Numbered from the stretch's first letter, positions 44,018 through 54,029 are shown. The stretch: 64,000 nt of DNA from an uncultured Saprospiraceae bacterium (GCA_937951615.1 CALFBH010000004.1:63228-127227), one strand, 5' to 3'. Notes: generated from the sequence alone by a model not told the origin. Made by a program: numbers and translations.

Positions 44018-45670
44018 TCACAATTCCCCCTTGTCACCAAGAATGATGACCATACCGTCTTCAGTTTGTTTGTGAAGCAATTCTACAAGATTAGAAATAA
44101 TAATGGGCGGAATATTATCGAAAGGATTTTCTATAACTAAAATTGGTTTCTCGGTCAATAAAGCCCGAACATATTGCAAAATACGTTCCTGACTAGCAGA
44201 TAGTCGGCTCCCAAATTCGCCAATTTTATCTTTCGCAAAAAGCGTTTGATTGACAGGTAATCCGCGCTGCATTTGCGCCAGCATTTCCTCTACTTTTGGT
44301 AAACGACTCTTATCTAAGCTATACGATACTGCTTCAAAAACGTCTTTACCCAATAAAGGAAAAGAAGCAGAAACAACCGCCATACAACGTCGAAGTGATT
44401 TCAGTGAAATATTTTCCTGATTTGTTTTTCCAATCAGAATTTTGCCCGAATCTGGTTGATACAAACCCAGCAGCAACTTAATAAGAGCAGGCTTTCCAAG
44501 CGGAATATCCAGCACATTAATCTGATTCAATTCAAAACGAGCATCAAGCTGACTAAACACAGGCGTACTCGCATGATGCGGCGTAAATGTCAGCCCTTTC
44601 AATTCGACTGGATAAGCACGTTTGCGAATATTTTCTGTCCCCGGTGACTCGATAGGCAGGTTCAAAACAATCAGCAGTTTTTGAAAAGAAATATTGCCCA
44701 GTTCCCAGGTGACAGGTGTGCGTAAAATACGCCGAAAAACAGGTAAGACCGTAATGAGCAACAGAATGACACTCAGCAATACACCTTCCTCCAACTCGCC
44801 CCTCCCCTGCTGTTTTTGCCACAAAACATACCATAATACTGCAGCAATCATCAGGTATAATAAAGTAGGCACCAGAATGAAAATCAGGCTATAAATTCGC
44901 TGATAGTCAATCCCCAAGCCCAACAAACGTACCGTGCGCTTGCGAAACCTTTTCATCTCCGGCTCAAAACGATTGAAGGCCTTGATGGTCTCCATTGCTT
45001 TGAATCGCCCATTGATAAAACCCAATAAACCAGATGTTTTATTTCGCTTTTGCAAACTTGCTTTGTGCAAAGGAATATTCAGCACATAAACCAGTCCTGT
45101 CGTCACCAACCACAAAGCACATACAATCCAACCAATACCTGTATTGATAAAAAACAAGGCAACTAAAGTCAAGGTCAATAACACGATATCAACAGCAAAC
45201 CTTAGCGTACCTTTTGTAAAATAATTTCGAATACTTTTTAAGTCACCACTGTATCGCAACAAATAACGTCCAATGCCTTTTTCATCATAAATATTTGTGT
45301 GTAATTCCAATTGGCGAGCATACAGCGTATCGCGTATATCGTGTACAAATAATTCGCCCAGGCGGGCAATAGAAAATCGTTCGACAAAATGAAAAATGGC
45401 TTTCAGCACAATGAGTCCTAGTAATAAGCGGAGGTAAGCCTGCGGAGTAGCAACATCAAAAAAAGGAAGATGCTTCAAGAATTGAGCCCGTACTGCCCGC
45501 ATCTCAAAAACCAACTCATAGTATTTACCAAAACTCACCGGAATTAAAATGGTCAGTAGACTTGACACCAGCCCCGCCAGTCCTGCTATGGCAATCGCCA
45601 CAGGGTGCTGCTGGACAAACTGAAGGATCAGTGCCTTTTTGGAAAAAGAAGAGGACGCAGGTGCTGGCAT
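44018..45670 (-). CDS. ABC-exporter-like protein with a degenerate (probably non-catalytic) nucleotide-binding domain
   Basis: Six-TM ABC_membrane-like N-terminal half. In the C-terminal NBD, Walker A is DIPLGKPA, the signature is LSASQ and Walker B is ILVIEN (the catalytic Glu position is Asn). No H-loop His. Confidence 0.8.
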   Translation of the reverse strand: MPAPASSSFSKKALILQFVQQHPVAIAIAGLAGLVSSLLTILIPVSFGKYYELVFEMRAVRAQFLKHLPFFDVATPQAYLRLLLGLIVLKAIFHFVERFSIARLGELFVHDIRDTLYARQLELHTNIYDEKGIGRYLLRYSGDLKSIRNYFTKGTLRFAVDIVLLTLTLVALFFINTGIGWIVCALWLVTTGLVYVLNIPLHKASLQKRNKTSGLLGFINGRFKAMETIKAFNRFEPEMKRFRKRTVRLLGLGIDYQRIYSLIFILVPTLLYLMIAAVLWYVLWQKQQGRGELEEGVLLSVILLLITVLPVFRRILRTPVTWELGNISFQKLLIVLNLPIESPGTENIRKRAYPVELKGLTFTPHHASTPVFSQLDARFELNQINVLDIPLGKPALIKLLLGLYQPDSGKILIGKTNQENISLKSLRRCMAVVSASFPLLGKDVFEAVSYSLDKSRLPKVEEMLAQMQRGLPVNQTLFAKDKIGEFGSRLSASQERILQYVRALLTEKPILVIENPFDNIPPIIISNLVELLHKQTEDGMVIILGDKGEL

Positions 45671-45680
45671 TTATTCTTAT

Positions 45681-45952
45681 ATTAAAAAAGAGCAGTCCCA
45701 TGCTTATGATGCACAGTACTGCTCGAAAACCTAACAAATATTAGCCCTAGAAAACACTAATAAAGCAAGCTTAGGAATTAGAAAACAGAACCAATATCTC
45801 ATGCTCATTGTCCCGAAACACAGACATCAATCTACTATCACATTCATTCTCAAAATTAACTAACGATTTTTCATTCCAATTATTCAAAGTCTATCGGGAA
45901 ATTTCACCCTCCCGATAGAGCAATGAATTTAGGTACTATGAAAAGAATTTTT
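45681..45952. repeat. ~280-nt non-coding element, copy B (direct orientation relative to A)
   Basis: Blocks at 45681, 45804, 45858 and 45931-45952 have the same order and similar spacing as in copy A. The element ends 11 nt from the ABC-like start codon (minus strand). Confidence 0.75.
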
Positions 45953-45970
45953 TTCGTAATCTTCTGCAGT

Positions 45971-47020
45971 TCATCCTGCTTTAGCCAGTAGACTAGACTG
46001 GTGATGCGAAGGGCGTAAATGATTGAGGACAGCTTCTTCTTTCAAATCATCTAAATTCAAAATCGGCTGTGACACTGAAGGTCGAACCTCATCTACCAGC
46101 ATTGGGCTTGCTGTAAATATTCCACTAATCGCAAAAGGCGTGAGTCCCATTTTTTCTAAAACATCCAGTCCGCCCAATGCTCCCAAACTATCTCCAGTAG
46201 AAAGAATAATGTAATCAAAACTTCTCCTAAAATCTGGATCCGTAAGGAGTAAATGCGTTTCGCGCTGCAACAAACCATCTGCTATTTCTACCACAACATA
46301 CTCTGGGTCTGCTTTTGCAACTTGTCGCATCAAGTGATTATATAAAGCCATCAATTCCGGCTTATCACATAAAAAAGTAGAAGGAAATCCAACGTCTGAA
46401 AAATCCAGCACATGATCAGCATCACAAGAAGCCACGAAGTCTTTGTCTTTAGTAAATACCGTTCCAGTAAACTTCACATAAGATGCACGTTTTCCGGCAT
46501 TCTGTAAGCCGCGCACGAGAAAACCTGCAGTTGTTGTCTTACCGCTATCCATACTTGACCCTACCGACAAAATGACTTTGAAAGGCGGGCGTACGAACTC
46601 TTTAGCAGGCAGAATCTTATGCTTAGTATTCAAGATTTGCCCTTCATGATCGCTTGCAAAACCTACAAATTCGACGGTGGTCGGTCCGATATCTTCGGCA
46701 TTAGCATGTGTCTGTTTCACCACACCAACTACACCGCCCTTACCCAAAATATGATACTCCATACGAAAAGCCACCGGCACCTCTCCACGAAACACAACAG
46801 TCGCATAACGATTGCCAAATGCACCCATAAAATAATCTCCTTCAAACAAAGTAACGTTTCTACCATGCGCTCCTTGAAGCGTTTTGTGTTTGCCCAGTTG
46901 TTTGACTTTAAAAATCCCAACATCGCCTGCTTTTGGAAGCGTGTTTCGAGACAAATGTTCGTTGATTTGGAAGTCGCCAATTTCTTTGCAAATAATTGCT
47001 TTTTTAATCTTGTCTTTCAT
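45971..47020 (-). CDS. P-loop NTPase of unknown function (possibly DUF1611-like)
   Basis: P-loop VGSSMDSGKTTTAGF in the middle of a 349-aa protein. Family assignment is tentative. Confidence 0.7.
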   Translation of the reverse strand: MKDKIKKAIICKEIGDFQINEHLSRNTLPKAGDVGIFKVKQLGKHKTLQGAHGRNVTLFEGDYFMGAFGNRYATVVFRGEVPVAFRMEYHILGKGGVVGVVKQTHANAEDIGPTTVEFVGFASDHEGQILNTKHKILPAKEFVRPPFKVILSVGSSMDSGKTTTAGFLVRGLQNAGKRASYVKFTGTVFTKDKDFVASCDADHVLDFSDVGFPSTFLCDKPELMALYNHLMRQVAKADPEYVVVEIADGLLQRETHLLLTDPDFRRSFDYIILSTGDSLGALGGLDVLEKMGLTPFAISGIFTASPMLVDEVRPSVSQPILNLDDLKEEAVLNHLRPSHHQSSLLAKAG

Positions 47021-47046
47021 GTCTATTCTATGTTTAGGTGAGAAGC

Positions 47047-47811
47047 TTAGTATGTTTTTAATCGAACCTGCGCACTCAGTCCAAGTACCCAGTAATTGCT
47101 AAATTTATTCCTTGTCTTGCTACTTTGGGGGCGAGTGGTATTCAGTTGATGTTGCTTACTTAGATTAAATTCTTTTTGTAATAATCCGTATAATTTAAAA
47201 TGAACGTATCGGCTAGGTCGGCAATGTATTCCTGTTGTCCAGCGAACCCGGTGAAAGCCATTCGGCGCAAATTCACCTATTACTTTATCTGATTCATCAT
47301 ATTGTTCTATAATCTGTCCACCCTGAAAATAATAAGCCCGTATAGCTGTATAAGGCGCGATAGCAAAGGGTTTGCGCAGGAGTGTTTTTTTCCACCGCAG
47401 GGCATAACTTAATCGCCAACCATATTTTTTCAGGTGAGGAAAAAATTTCTCTGTCGTCAGGTATTGTCGAAAGGGCGAACCCTTAAAGCGATAAGAGACT
47501 TCTGCCAAGGCCCGATGACTGACCGTTGGATTATTGGAGTGCGTCATTCCGCGTACATAAGCTGCAGTGATGTAGTAACGCTTATTGGGTGCATAACTCG
47601 CATAAGCTTTAATTTGATCATACTTCAACGATTGCTGCGTGAAACTATGAGCTAAAAAATAGCTCGCATTCAAGGAGAGTTTTTTGTGTACCCGAACTTT
47701 CATACCTGTTGAAGCCCAAAGTCGAAACTCACCAGACTGCGCGGCTATGCTTACTGCAAGGCTACACAATAATATCAGACTGCTTATTTTTTTCATTGTT
47801 CTTGTATTCAT
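47047..47811 (-). CDS. Predicted outer-membrane beta-barrel protein (DUF2490-like, tentative)
   Basis: Signal peptide MKKISSLILLCSLAVSIAAQ. Alternating aromatic/hydrophilic strands. C-terminal LSAQVRLKTY. Confidence 0.65.
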   Translation of the reverse strand: MNTRTMKKISSLILLCSLAVSIAAQSGEFRLWASTGMKVRVHKKLSLNASYFLAHSFTQQSLKYDQIKAYASYAPNKRYYITAAYVRGMTHSNNPTVSHRALAEVSYRFKGSPFRQYLTTEKFFPHLKKYGWRLSYALRWKKTLLRKPFAIAPYTAIRAYYFQGGQIIEQYDESDKVIGEFAPNGFHRVRWTTGIHCRPSRYVHFKLYGLLQKEFNLSKQHQLNTTRPQSSKTRNKFSNYWVLGLSAQVRLKTY

Positions 47812-48069
47812 TACAAAAGCAAATTTACCTGCTATTTTAAAATAATGTTCGTGAAAAGACCTATATTTATTACAGGCTCAAAATTTAAAAAACATATTAC
47901 TCATCAATAAAACCAAAACAATACTCAATAAAAAAGCGCATTAATAACAATATTAAAGAGTTATAAAATTACATGCTAGAAGTGTTTAAGGCTTTATTAA
48001 AACTTTCAGTTTTTACTTACCTTGTGACATAACAGTTCAATTTTTCCTTTTTTTAAATAAAAAAACAGA

Positions 48070-49227
48070 ATGTCTAATACACAAAAAACATTGCTCTTGC
48101 TGTCTTTTAATCTGTTTGCAATTGCATCTTGTACAGTTTCTAAGTTGCCCGATAAAAATGTGAAGACTCAAACTCTGGAAATTATTTTTGGTGGAGATAT
48201 TGATTTTGGAGATCGCTATCATTTACATAAAAACGGACATGTAAAAAACTGTATCCTTAAAGAAAAAGGTTATGCGAATAGCTTCGACAGCATAAGTCCA
48301 CTACTACATTCTACTGAACTCCTCGTGGCAAATTTAGAAACACCTATTTCCGGACAGATAGAAAAAAACCCATTGGAAGGAAAGAAGAAATATTTACACT
48401 GGTGTCAAGCAGAAGAAGCAGTTGCTGTTTTGGAAAAATTTGATTTTGATTACCTGAGCCTTGCGAATAATCATTCTTTAGACCAGGGTATAGCAGGTAT
48501 AGAAACTACATTTAATCACCTGACAACTGCTAATATTGAATATTTTGGTGCTGGAAAAACAGCGGACGAGGCTTCAAAGCCAATGATAATAGAAGATGAA
48601 ATTACTGGAAGAAAGCTATACATTTTAGGCGGCTTTCAATACAGGAGCAAGTACAGACGTGTATATGATTTTTATGCCACCGCAGACAAAACAGGCGTTA
48701 ATAAATGGACTAAAAAAGAAGCTGAACGCCAAATCAAGCAAATAAAAGAAACAGACCCTACTGGTTTTATTATAGCTTTTCCGCATTGGGGCGAAAATTA
48801 TAAATGGAAAGATGAAAAACAAGAAGCACTGGGCGCAGTTCTCATTGATGCAGGTGCAGATTTAGTCATCGGTCATGGAACCCACAAATTTCAGGAAATA
48901 GAACAGGTAAAGGGTAAATGGATTTTTTACAACTTAGGCAATCTCGTCATGAACTCCACCGGCAGATATGAGCAGGAAAATGCCATGCCTTATAGTTTTA
49001 TTCTAAAATTGAAATTGGTGCGTACTCAGTCCGGAATTGAAATTGAATCAAACATATACCCAATCGTGAGTAATAACAAACTTACAGCTTATCAACCCCA
49101 TTTTGTTTCTAAAATAGAGATGGAATTATTGAAATCAACATTAATTGAAAAAACAGCTTCACTCAGAAAAAAAATAAAAATCAGACAGGATGATATTGGA
49201 TATTTTTTTAGCTTAAAGCTGAATTAA
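48070..49227 (+). CDS. CapA/PGA_cap-family metallophosphatase-like lipoprotein
   Basis: Lipobox FAIASC. Motifs GGDIDFGDRY, LVANLETP, SLANNHSLDQG, PHWGENY and GHGTHKFQ. Confidence 0.82.
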   Translation: MSNTQKTLLLLSFNLFAIASCTVSKLPDKNVKTQTLEIIFGGDIDFGDRYHLHKNGHVKNCILKEKGYANSFDSISPLLHSTELLVANLETPISGQIEKNPLEGKKKYLHWCQAEEAVAVLEKFDFDYLSLANNHSLDQGIAGIETTFNHLTTANIEYFGAGKTADEASKPMIIEDEITGRKLYILGGFQYRSKYRRVYDFYATADKTGVNKWTKKEAERQIKQIKETDPTGFIIAFPHWGENYKWKDEKQEALGAVLIDAGADLVIGHGTHKFQEIEQVKGKWIFYNLGNLVMNSTGRYEQENAMPYSFILKLKLVRTQSGIEIESNIYPIVSNNKLTAYQPHFVSKIEMELLKSTLIEKTASLRKKIKIRQDDIGYFFSLKLN

Positions 49228-49244
49228 GTTTGTGTTTACTGCGT

Positions 49245-50117
49245 TCAAATATGACGCTCCGCATGATAGGAAGAGCGTACCAGCGGCCCACTTTCTACAT
49301 AATCAAAACCTTTTTTCAGCCCAACTTCCTTATACATCGCAAAAGTATCAGGGTGGACAAAAGACTCCACATTCAGGTGCAGCTTGGTCGGTTGTAGGTA
49401 CTGACCAATCGTGAGGACATCGCAGCCATGGGCTACTAGATCATCCATGATAGCTAATACTTCTTCGTCTGTTTCTCCTAAGCCGACCATGATGCCGGAT
49501 TTAGTGCGTTTGCCATAAGATTTGGTGCGTTGGATTTGTTCGAGACTTCGGTCGTATTTGGCTTGTGGACGTACTTTTCTATATAGACTTTTGACCGTTT
49601 CCATATTATGAGAAACGACTTCTTGTCCAGGGCTTATCATCGTTTCCAATGCTTCCCAATTAGCACGTACATCTGGAATTAGTGTTTCAATAGTCGTATC
49701 GGGTGATAGGTTTTTGACTTCCTGTACTGTAGCATGCCAAATCGCTGCACCTCGGTCTTTCAGCTCATCCCGATTGACAGAAGTGATGACGGCATGTTTG
49801 ACACCCATTAGTTTGATGGCTTCGGCTACTCGATAGGGTTCATCTTCGTCGTATTCATTTGGTCGCCCGGTTTTCACTGCACAAAACGAACAGGAACGGG
49901 TGCAGGTATTTCCCAAAATCATAAAAGTCGCTGTACCTTCTCCCCAACATTCGCCCATATTCGGACAATGCCCACTTTGACATATCGTATTCAGTTTATA
50001 CTCATCAACAATATTCCGCACATTGCGATACGTTTCTCCCATCGGAAGTTTTACGCGCAACCAATCGGGCTTTTTTTTCCGCTCTTCTTTTCTATCTACT
50101 ACTGGTAAGTCTATCAT
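49245..50117 (-). CDS. lipA: Lipoyl synthase
   Basis: Radical-SAM and auxiliary cluster motifs [12 protein letters not shown] and [10 protein letters not shown]. Full-length 290 aa. Confidence 0.95.
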   Translation of the reverse strand: MIDLPVVDRKEERKKKPDWLRVKLPMGETYRNVRNIVDEYKLNTICQSGHCPNMGECWGEGTATFMILGNTCTRSCSFCAVKTGRPNEYDEDEPYRVAEAIKLMGVKHAVITSVNRDELKDRGAAIWHATVQEVKNLSPDTTIETLIPDVRANWEALETMISPGQEVVSHNMETVKSLYRKVRPQAKYDRSLEQIQRTKSYGKRTKSGIMVGLGETDEEVLAIMDDLVAHGCDVLTIGQYLQPTKLHLNVESFVHPDTFAMYKEVGLKKGFDYVESGPLVRSSYHAERHI

Positions 50118-50133
50118 TTTCTTTTATTGAGTG

Positions 50134-50250
50134 TGTTGGGGGTTGGGTGTATTGGGGTATTGGGGTGATTGGGGTGATTGGGGTGATTGGGTAATTGAAT
50201 ATTTGTAACTAGCAATTCGTAATTAACCCATTCATAATTCGTAATTAAAT
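50134..50250. repeat. Tandem 8-9-nt array (ATTGGGGTG) followed by AATTCGTAATTA words, upstream of lipA
   Basis: gtattggggtattggggtgattggggtgattggggtgattgggtaattg, then ..caattcgtaattaacccattcataattcgtaattaaa. Confidence 0.8.
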
Positions 50251-50253
50251 ACA

Positions 50254-51015
50254 TCACCATCTTTTCCCTAATTGCAAAGCGATGTATACCGTTGGGAAAA
50301 TAGCTTTATTGTCTTCCGTCAGCATAATCGGGACAGCTTCTGTATAAACATCCAGCATCACGCCCATTTCCAGTGCTTTTATAAAATGATTATACGCACC
50401 CCAGTCAAAATTTAATCCAGCTTTTGCAAAACCGCCCGGCACAATACCCAACTCTCCAAAACCAGACAGAAAACCCGTTGCACCACGCACGCAAGCCGGA
50501 TTCAAAAAGCAGGAACGATTTTCTTCGCTGTATGATTGAGAAACCACCCCATCCAATACTTTTAAATCCAAATAATACGGCTTAGTAATGCCCAAAGAAG
50601 GACCGATGGCATAGGAAAACCCAACTGCAACACCTTGCTTTCTCGCTTTGTCGGAAAAATACAACTTTCCGCCATAACCAACATGAATACCGTAAAAACT
50701 ATTTTGTTTTCCGAAAGCATAACTGTGAGAGGCATTTGTAAACGGACCACTTACGGCTCCACTCCCCTGCTGTTTTACTTCCCGATGATGCCGCAAAGAT
50801 ACGACTTCAAAACGTAAAAGATGGGTAAATCTGAGTTGTTTGACAATGCCATAATCCACCCCGATACCCATACCCGCAGAATGTCCTGCCACTGAAAAAA
50901 TCAATTCATTACTCAGTTTTGAATCTGCGTAGGTTTCTGTCTGTGCCATTATATTAGAGGCCGCCAAACAAATAAGCAGAATGAGGTGTATTGTTATTTT
51001 TATAAAAATATGCAT
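50254..51015 (-). CDS. Predicted outer-membrane beta-barrel protein (hypothetical)
   Basis: Signal peptide ending NIMAQ. Gly/aromatic-rich alternating strands. C-terminal ...IALQLGKRW. Confidence 0.65.
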   Translation of the reverse strand: MHIFIKITIHLILLICLAASNIMAQTETYADSKLSNELIFSVAGHSAGMGIGVDYGIVKQLRFTHLLRFEVVSLRHHREVKQQGSGAVSGPFTNASHSYAFGKQNSFYGIHVGYGGKLYFSDKARKQGVAVGFSYAIGPSLGITKPYYLDLKVLDGVVSQSYSEENRSCFLNPACVRGATGFLSGFGELGIVPGGFAKAGLNFDWGAYNHFIKALEMGVMLDVYTEAVPIMLTEDNKAIFPTVYIALQLGKRW

Positions 51016-51029
51016 GCTTTAGTTTTTAC

Positions 51030-51205
51030 TCAGTAATGGTAAAAAAATAAGTTCCCTATTTCAGGTAATTAATTTTGATGCTGAACGAGGCGCAAAGAAG
51101 GAGCTATGCCTTAGCATAGTGACTGATGCAGCAACGAAGTGCAGCGGCAAAATTAATACATCAAATGCGGAAGTTATTTTTTTACTATTACCAATACCCA
51201 AATTT
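51030..51205. repeat. Inverted repeat with ~45-nt arms around an 80-nt centre
   Basis: cagtaatggtaaaaaaataagttcc...ttgatg compared with catcaaa...ggaagttatttttttactattac. The arms match except for a few mismatches. Confidence 0.65.
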
Positions 51206-51487
51206 ACAAAATAAAACAATATAAAGCCATGCTTGTTTGTCGGGGTGGTGTCATTCTCCAAAATTTTCTGGCTAAATTGACTGCTAAATGGCTATATTGG
51301 GAACACAGGTACAGGACAAATTTGTAGATGGGTTATTTTTCTCGCAAAGACGCAAAGCCGCAAAGTTTGTTTTCTCTTAAGTTTTCGCGCCTTAGCAAGA
51401 GATTTTTCACCAAACTTTATGCTGACACCCTGTGCACATTTATTCTGGTTTCTGACAAACTGTCCACAGATAACTAATACCAATTTT

Positions 51488-51892
51488 ATGACAACAGAAA
51501 TTATTTACGCCGGCGACTTGCATACAGATGCAAGGCATATTCGATCTGGCAATATCATTCAGACCGATGCACCAACTGACAATAATGGAAAAGGAGAAGC
51601 TTTTTCGCCGACCGACCTGGTAGCTGCGGCATTGGGTTCATGTGTGCTGACGATTATGGGCATTGCAGCCCGCAATCACAATATTGATATGACTGGCGCG
51701 ACGGCACAAGTCAATAAGGTGATGTTAGCCAATCCACGCCGTATTGGTAAGCTGGAAGTCATGATTCAGATGCCTGAAGGGAATTTTACGGAAAAGGAAA
51801 AGAAAATTCTGGACAAGGCAGCTCATGGCTGTCCGGTCAAACAGAGTTTGCATCCTGACTTGGAGGAAACGATTATTATTAAGTGGCAGTAG
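51488..51892 (+). CDS. OsmC/Ohr-family peroxiredoxin-like protein
   Basis: FSPTDLVAAALGSCVLT and HGCPV motifs. The ATG at 51488 (MTTEIIYAG) is preferred over the track start. Confidence 0.85.
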   Translation: MTTEIIYAGDLHTDARHIRSGNIIQTDAPTDNNGKGEAFSPTDLVAAALGSCVLTIMGIAARNHNIDMTGATAQVNKVMLANPRRIGKLEVMIQMPEGNFTEKEKKILDKAAHGCPVKQSLHPDLEETIIIKWQ

Positions 51893-51910
51893 CAATATCA
51901 ATATCAATAT

Positions 51911-51985
51911 CAGTATCAGTATCAGTAGCAGTGGCAGTTACAATAAGAAAAACTCGTACTGCCACTGTAACTGTAACTGATACTG
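51911..51985. terminator. Hexamer-word (CAGTAT/CAGTGG) hairpin between convergent genes; probable bidirectional terminator
   Basis: cagtatcagtatcagtagcagtggcagttac pairs with gtactgccactgtaactgtaactgatactg. The 9-bp core cagtggcag/ctgccactg is perfect. Confidence 0.45.
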
Positions 51986-51986
51986 C

Positions 51987-53897
51987 CTAGGTTTTCTTGA
52001 CTAGTACAGCTTTCACCCTATCATGCTTTTTCACTTTTTTGTAAAAGTCGTACATGTCCTGATAGCGGTTTGCTGGCAAATCGAAGTTTTTAACGCTAAA
52101 TTCTCGTTGATAGAACAGCTTATTGTCCTTCATTTCACAGGAAATCTTATAGCGTCCAAAATCCGTATCAATTTCAACGCCTTCTGGTATGCTTTCAGAA
52201 GCATACCCTTCTGGAAGTGCAATTTCTACCTCGTCTTTTTGTGTATAAGGATGCTGATTGATGATGCGTTGTTTGCGTTCTTTTTCCTTATCTGGCACAC
52301 GGGTAAACTGGTGAATAACATTTGGGCGAATAAAAAGGCGATTACCTTGTATCGTGGCTAGTTTGCTAACTTCAAGGTCATAATGGTACTCGCTAATCGG
52401 ACGGGTTTCATCTGTCTTAATTTCCTGATGAGTAACTGTAAGTGATGGCAATTCACTCAAGGATTCTTCCAGTTCTTCTTTAAGTTCTTTTGCCGAAAGG
52501 CTACTCCCCGCATAGCGATGCCACTCCTGAGAAGTACCTGTTTTTGTGCTGCGCACTTTCACTTCAGCTGTGCCTTCTTCATCTAGTGCAACTTCAATCT
52601 TGGCATGTCCTGTATTTTGTCCAGACTCGCTTTTTGGCGTATCTATCAACTGACCACCTTCGGGGGTAATGAGCAGGGCTTTGCGATTTGCCAAACTGCG
52701 ACCTACATGCCCTGGCGGATCGTAAGAACTGGTACATTCCAGCCAAGTCGGTTCGTCACCAGGTACGTATAGTATAACATGATTAAAACGGGAATCACTG
52801 TACGATGCTTCGATAGGTTCGGGTTTGCTGCTTGCTGCAATAAGTGCTGGATAAGCTTCCACACCAGCTTCCTGAAGCATGGATTTCATAAACCAGGTGA
52901 GGGCTTTGCAGTCGCCATATTTATTGCGCTCCACGTATTTGGCATCAAAACTCTGCCAGCCGCCGATGCCGAGTTGTACACTCACATAGCGGGTATTTTT
53001 TTGTAAATATTGGTATAATACGGCTATTTTTTCTTCATCCGTTTTGGCATCTGCAATCAGTGATTGCACTTTTTCTTTCATCGTTGCCGAAAGGACATCC
53101 TGCCCCTTATTCAATTTATAAATAAAATTGCCAAAGGACTTCCAGGTGGACATGTCTCCCTCATAGTCATCTACACTAAAAACAGTTGGCGCGACGCGCA
53201 AGAGCGGTAAAATTTCTCTATCGACCGGTGAATAATATTCTTCTTTTATTGGTTTTAAATTACGGGTTGTCCATTCATAAACCGTCATTCCGTCTTTCTC
53301 CGATTTTGCAGGCTTTGTATCAAAATTTGCCTTATGCCGCATATCCACTCCTTTCCCCAAGCTAATGCGATAGGCTGAATTCTGCACGGCTATGCCATAA
53401 TCAAATTGCGGCGACCAATCGGGATAGTTGCGAATCCCTTTGTATTCCAATTCGTATTCAAATGCTACGGTGTAGGGATAATTCGGATAATTGACTTCCA
53501 GAAATTTCACGCGGCTATCTTCATAAATAGAAAAATCGGACACTGCGCTGTAGTCTTTAATTTCTTCTTTATCTATTTTGCGAATTAATTTGCCATTCGC
53601 ATCATACAATTTGCCTGTAATTGCTTTGACCTGACAAAAGCTGTTATAATGAATCACCAGTCCATTCAGATAGGTTTGGTCATTCATAATCGTGATGACA
53701 CGTTTCTCCCACATGCTTGCCCGTGATGCAGATTTGACGGTATAATCAATCTGATAATCGCGCACTATAGCATCTGCTTCCATAAGGCTGGCAGGTATTG
53801 CTGCCACAGGATAAGCCATGCCTTTTTTTTGTGCTGTCGCTTCGCTCGCTAATAGTGCAAGCAGGCTGATGAGGATGACGTTGAGTATGTTTTTCAT
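51987..53897 (-). CDS. DUF3857 plus transglutaminase-like cysteine-protease-fold protein (catalytic Cys present)
   Basis: Signal peptide MKNILNVILISLLALLASEATAQ. Core YGDCKALTWFMKSMLQEAGVEAYPALI. Start 53897 preferred. Confidence 0.85.
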   Translation of the reverse strand: MKNILNVILISLLALLASEATAQKKGMAYPVAAIPASLMEADAIVRDYQIDYTVKSASRASMWEKRVITIMNDQTYLNGLVIHYNSFCQVKAITGKLYDANGKLIRKIDKEEIKDYSAVSDFSIYEDSRVKFLEVNYPNYPYTVAFEYELEYKGIRNYPDWSPQFDYGIAVQNSAYRISLGKGVDMRHKANFDTKPAKSEKDGMTVYEWTTRNLKPIKEEYYSPVDREILPLLRVAPTVFSVDDYEGDMSTWKSFGNFIYKLNKGQDVLSATMKEKVQSLIADAKTDEEKIAVLYQYLQKNTRYVSVQLGIGGWQSFDAKYVERNKYGDCKALTWFMKSMLQEAGVEAYPALIAASSKPEPIEASYSDSRFNHVILYVPGDEPTWLECTSSYDPPGHVGRSLANRKALLITPEGGQLIDTPKSESGQNTGHAKIEVALDEEGTAEVKVRSTKTGTSQEWHRYAGSSLSAKELKEELEESLSELPSLTVTHQEIKTDETRPISEYHYDLEVSKLATIQGNRLFIRPNVIHQFTRVPDKEKERKQRIINQHPYTQKDEVEIALPEGYASESIPEGVEIDTDFGRYKISCEMKDNKLFYQREFSVKNFDLPANRYQDMYDFYKKVKKHDRVKAVLVKKT

Positions 53898-53898
53898 T

Positions 53899-54025
53899 GT
53901 TGATTGAGTTGAATGAGAGAATGAGTAAATGAGTTGAATGAGAGAATGAGTTGATTCGGTGATTATTTGATTTTGCTTTGCAAAATCTCTTCTAATCACT
54001 CAATCAACTCAATAACCGAATCAAC
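53899..54025. repeat. Hairpin element E4: different arm words, same TTTTGC-N3-GCAAAA core
   Basis: Arms are gagttgaatgagagaatgag... and ...ctaatcactcaatcaactcaataaccgaatcaac. Core is gattttgctttgcaaaatc (53969-53987). Confidence 0.75.
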
Positions 54026-54029
54026 TTAA

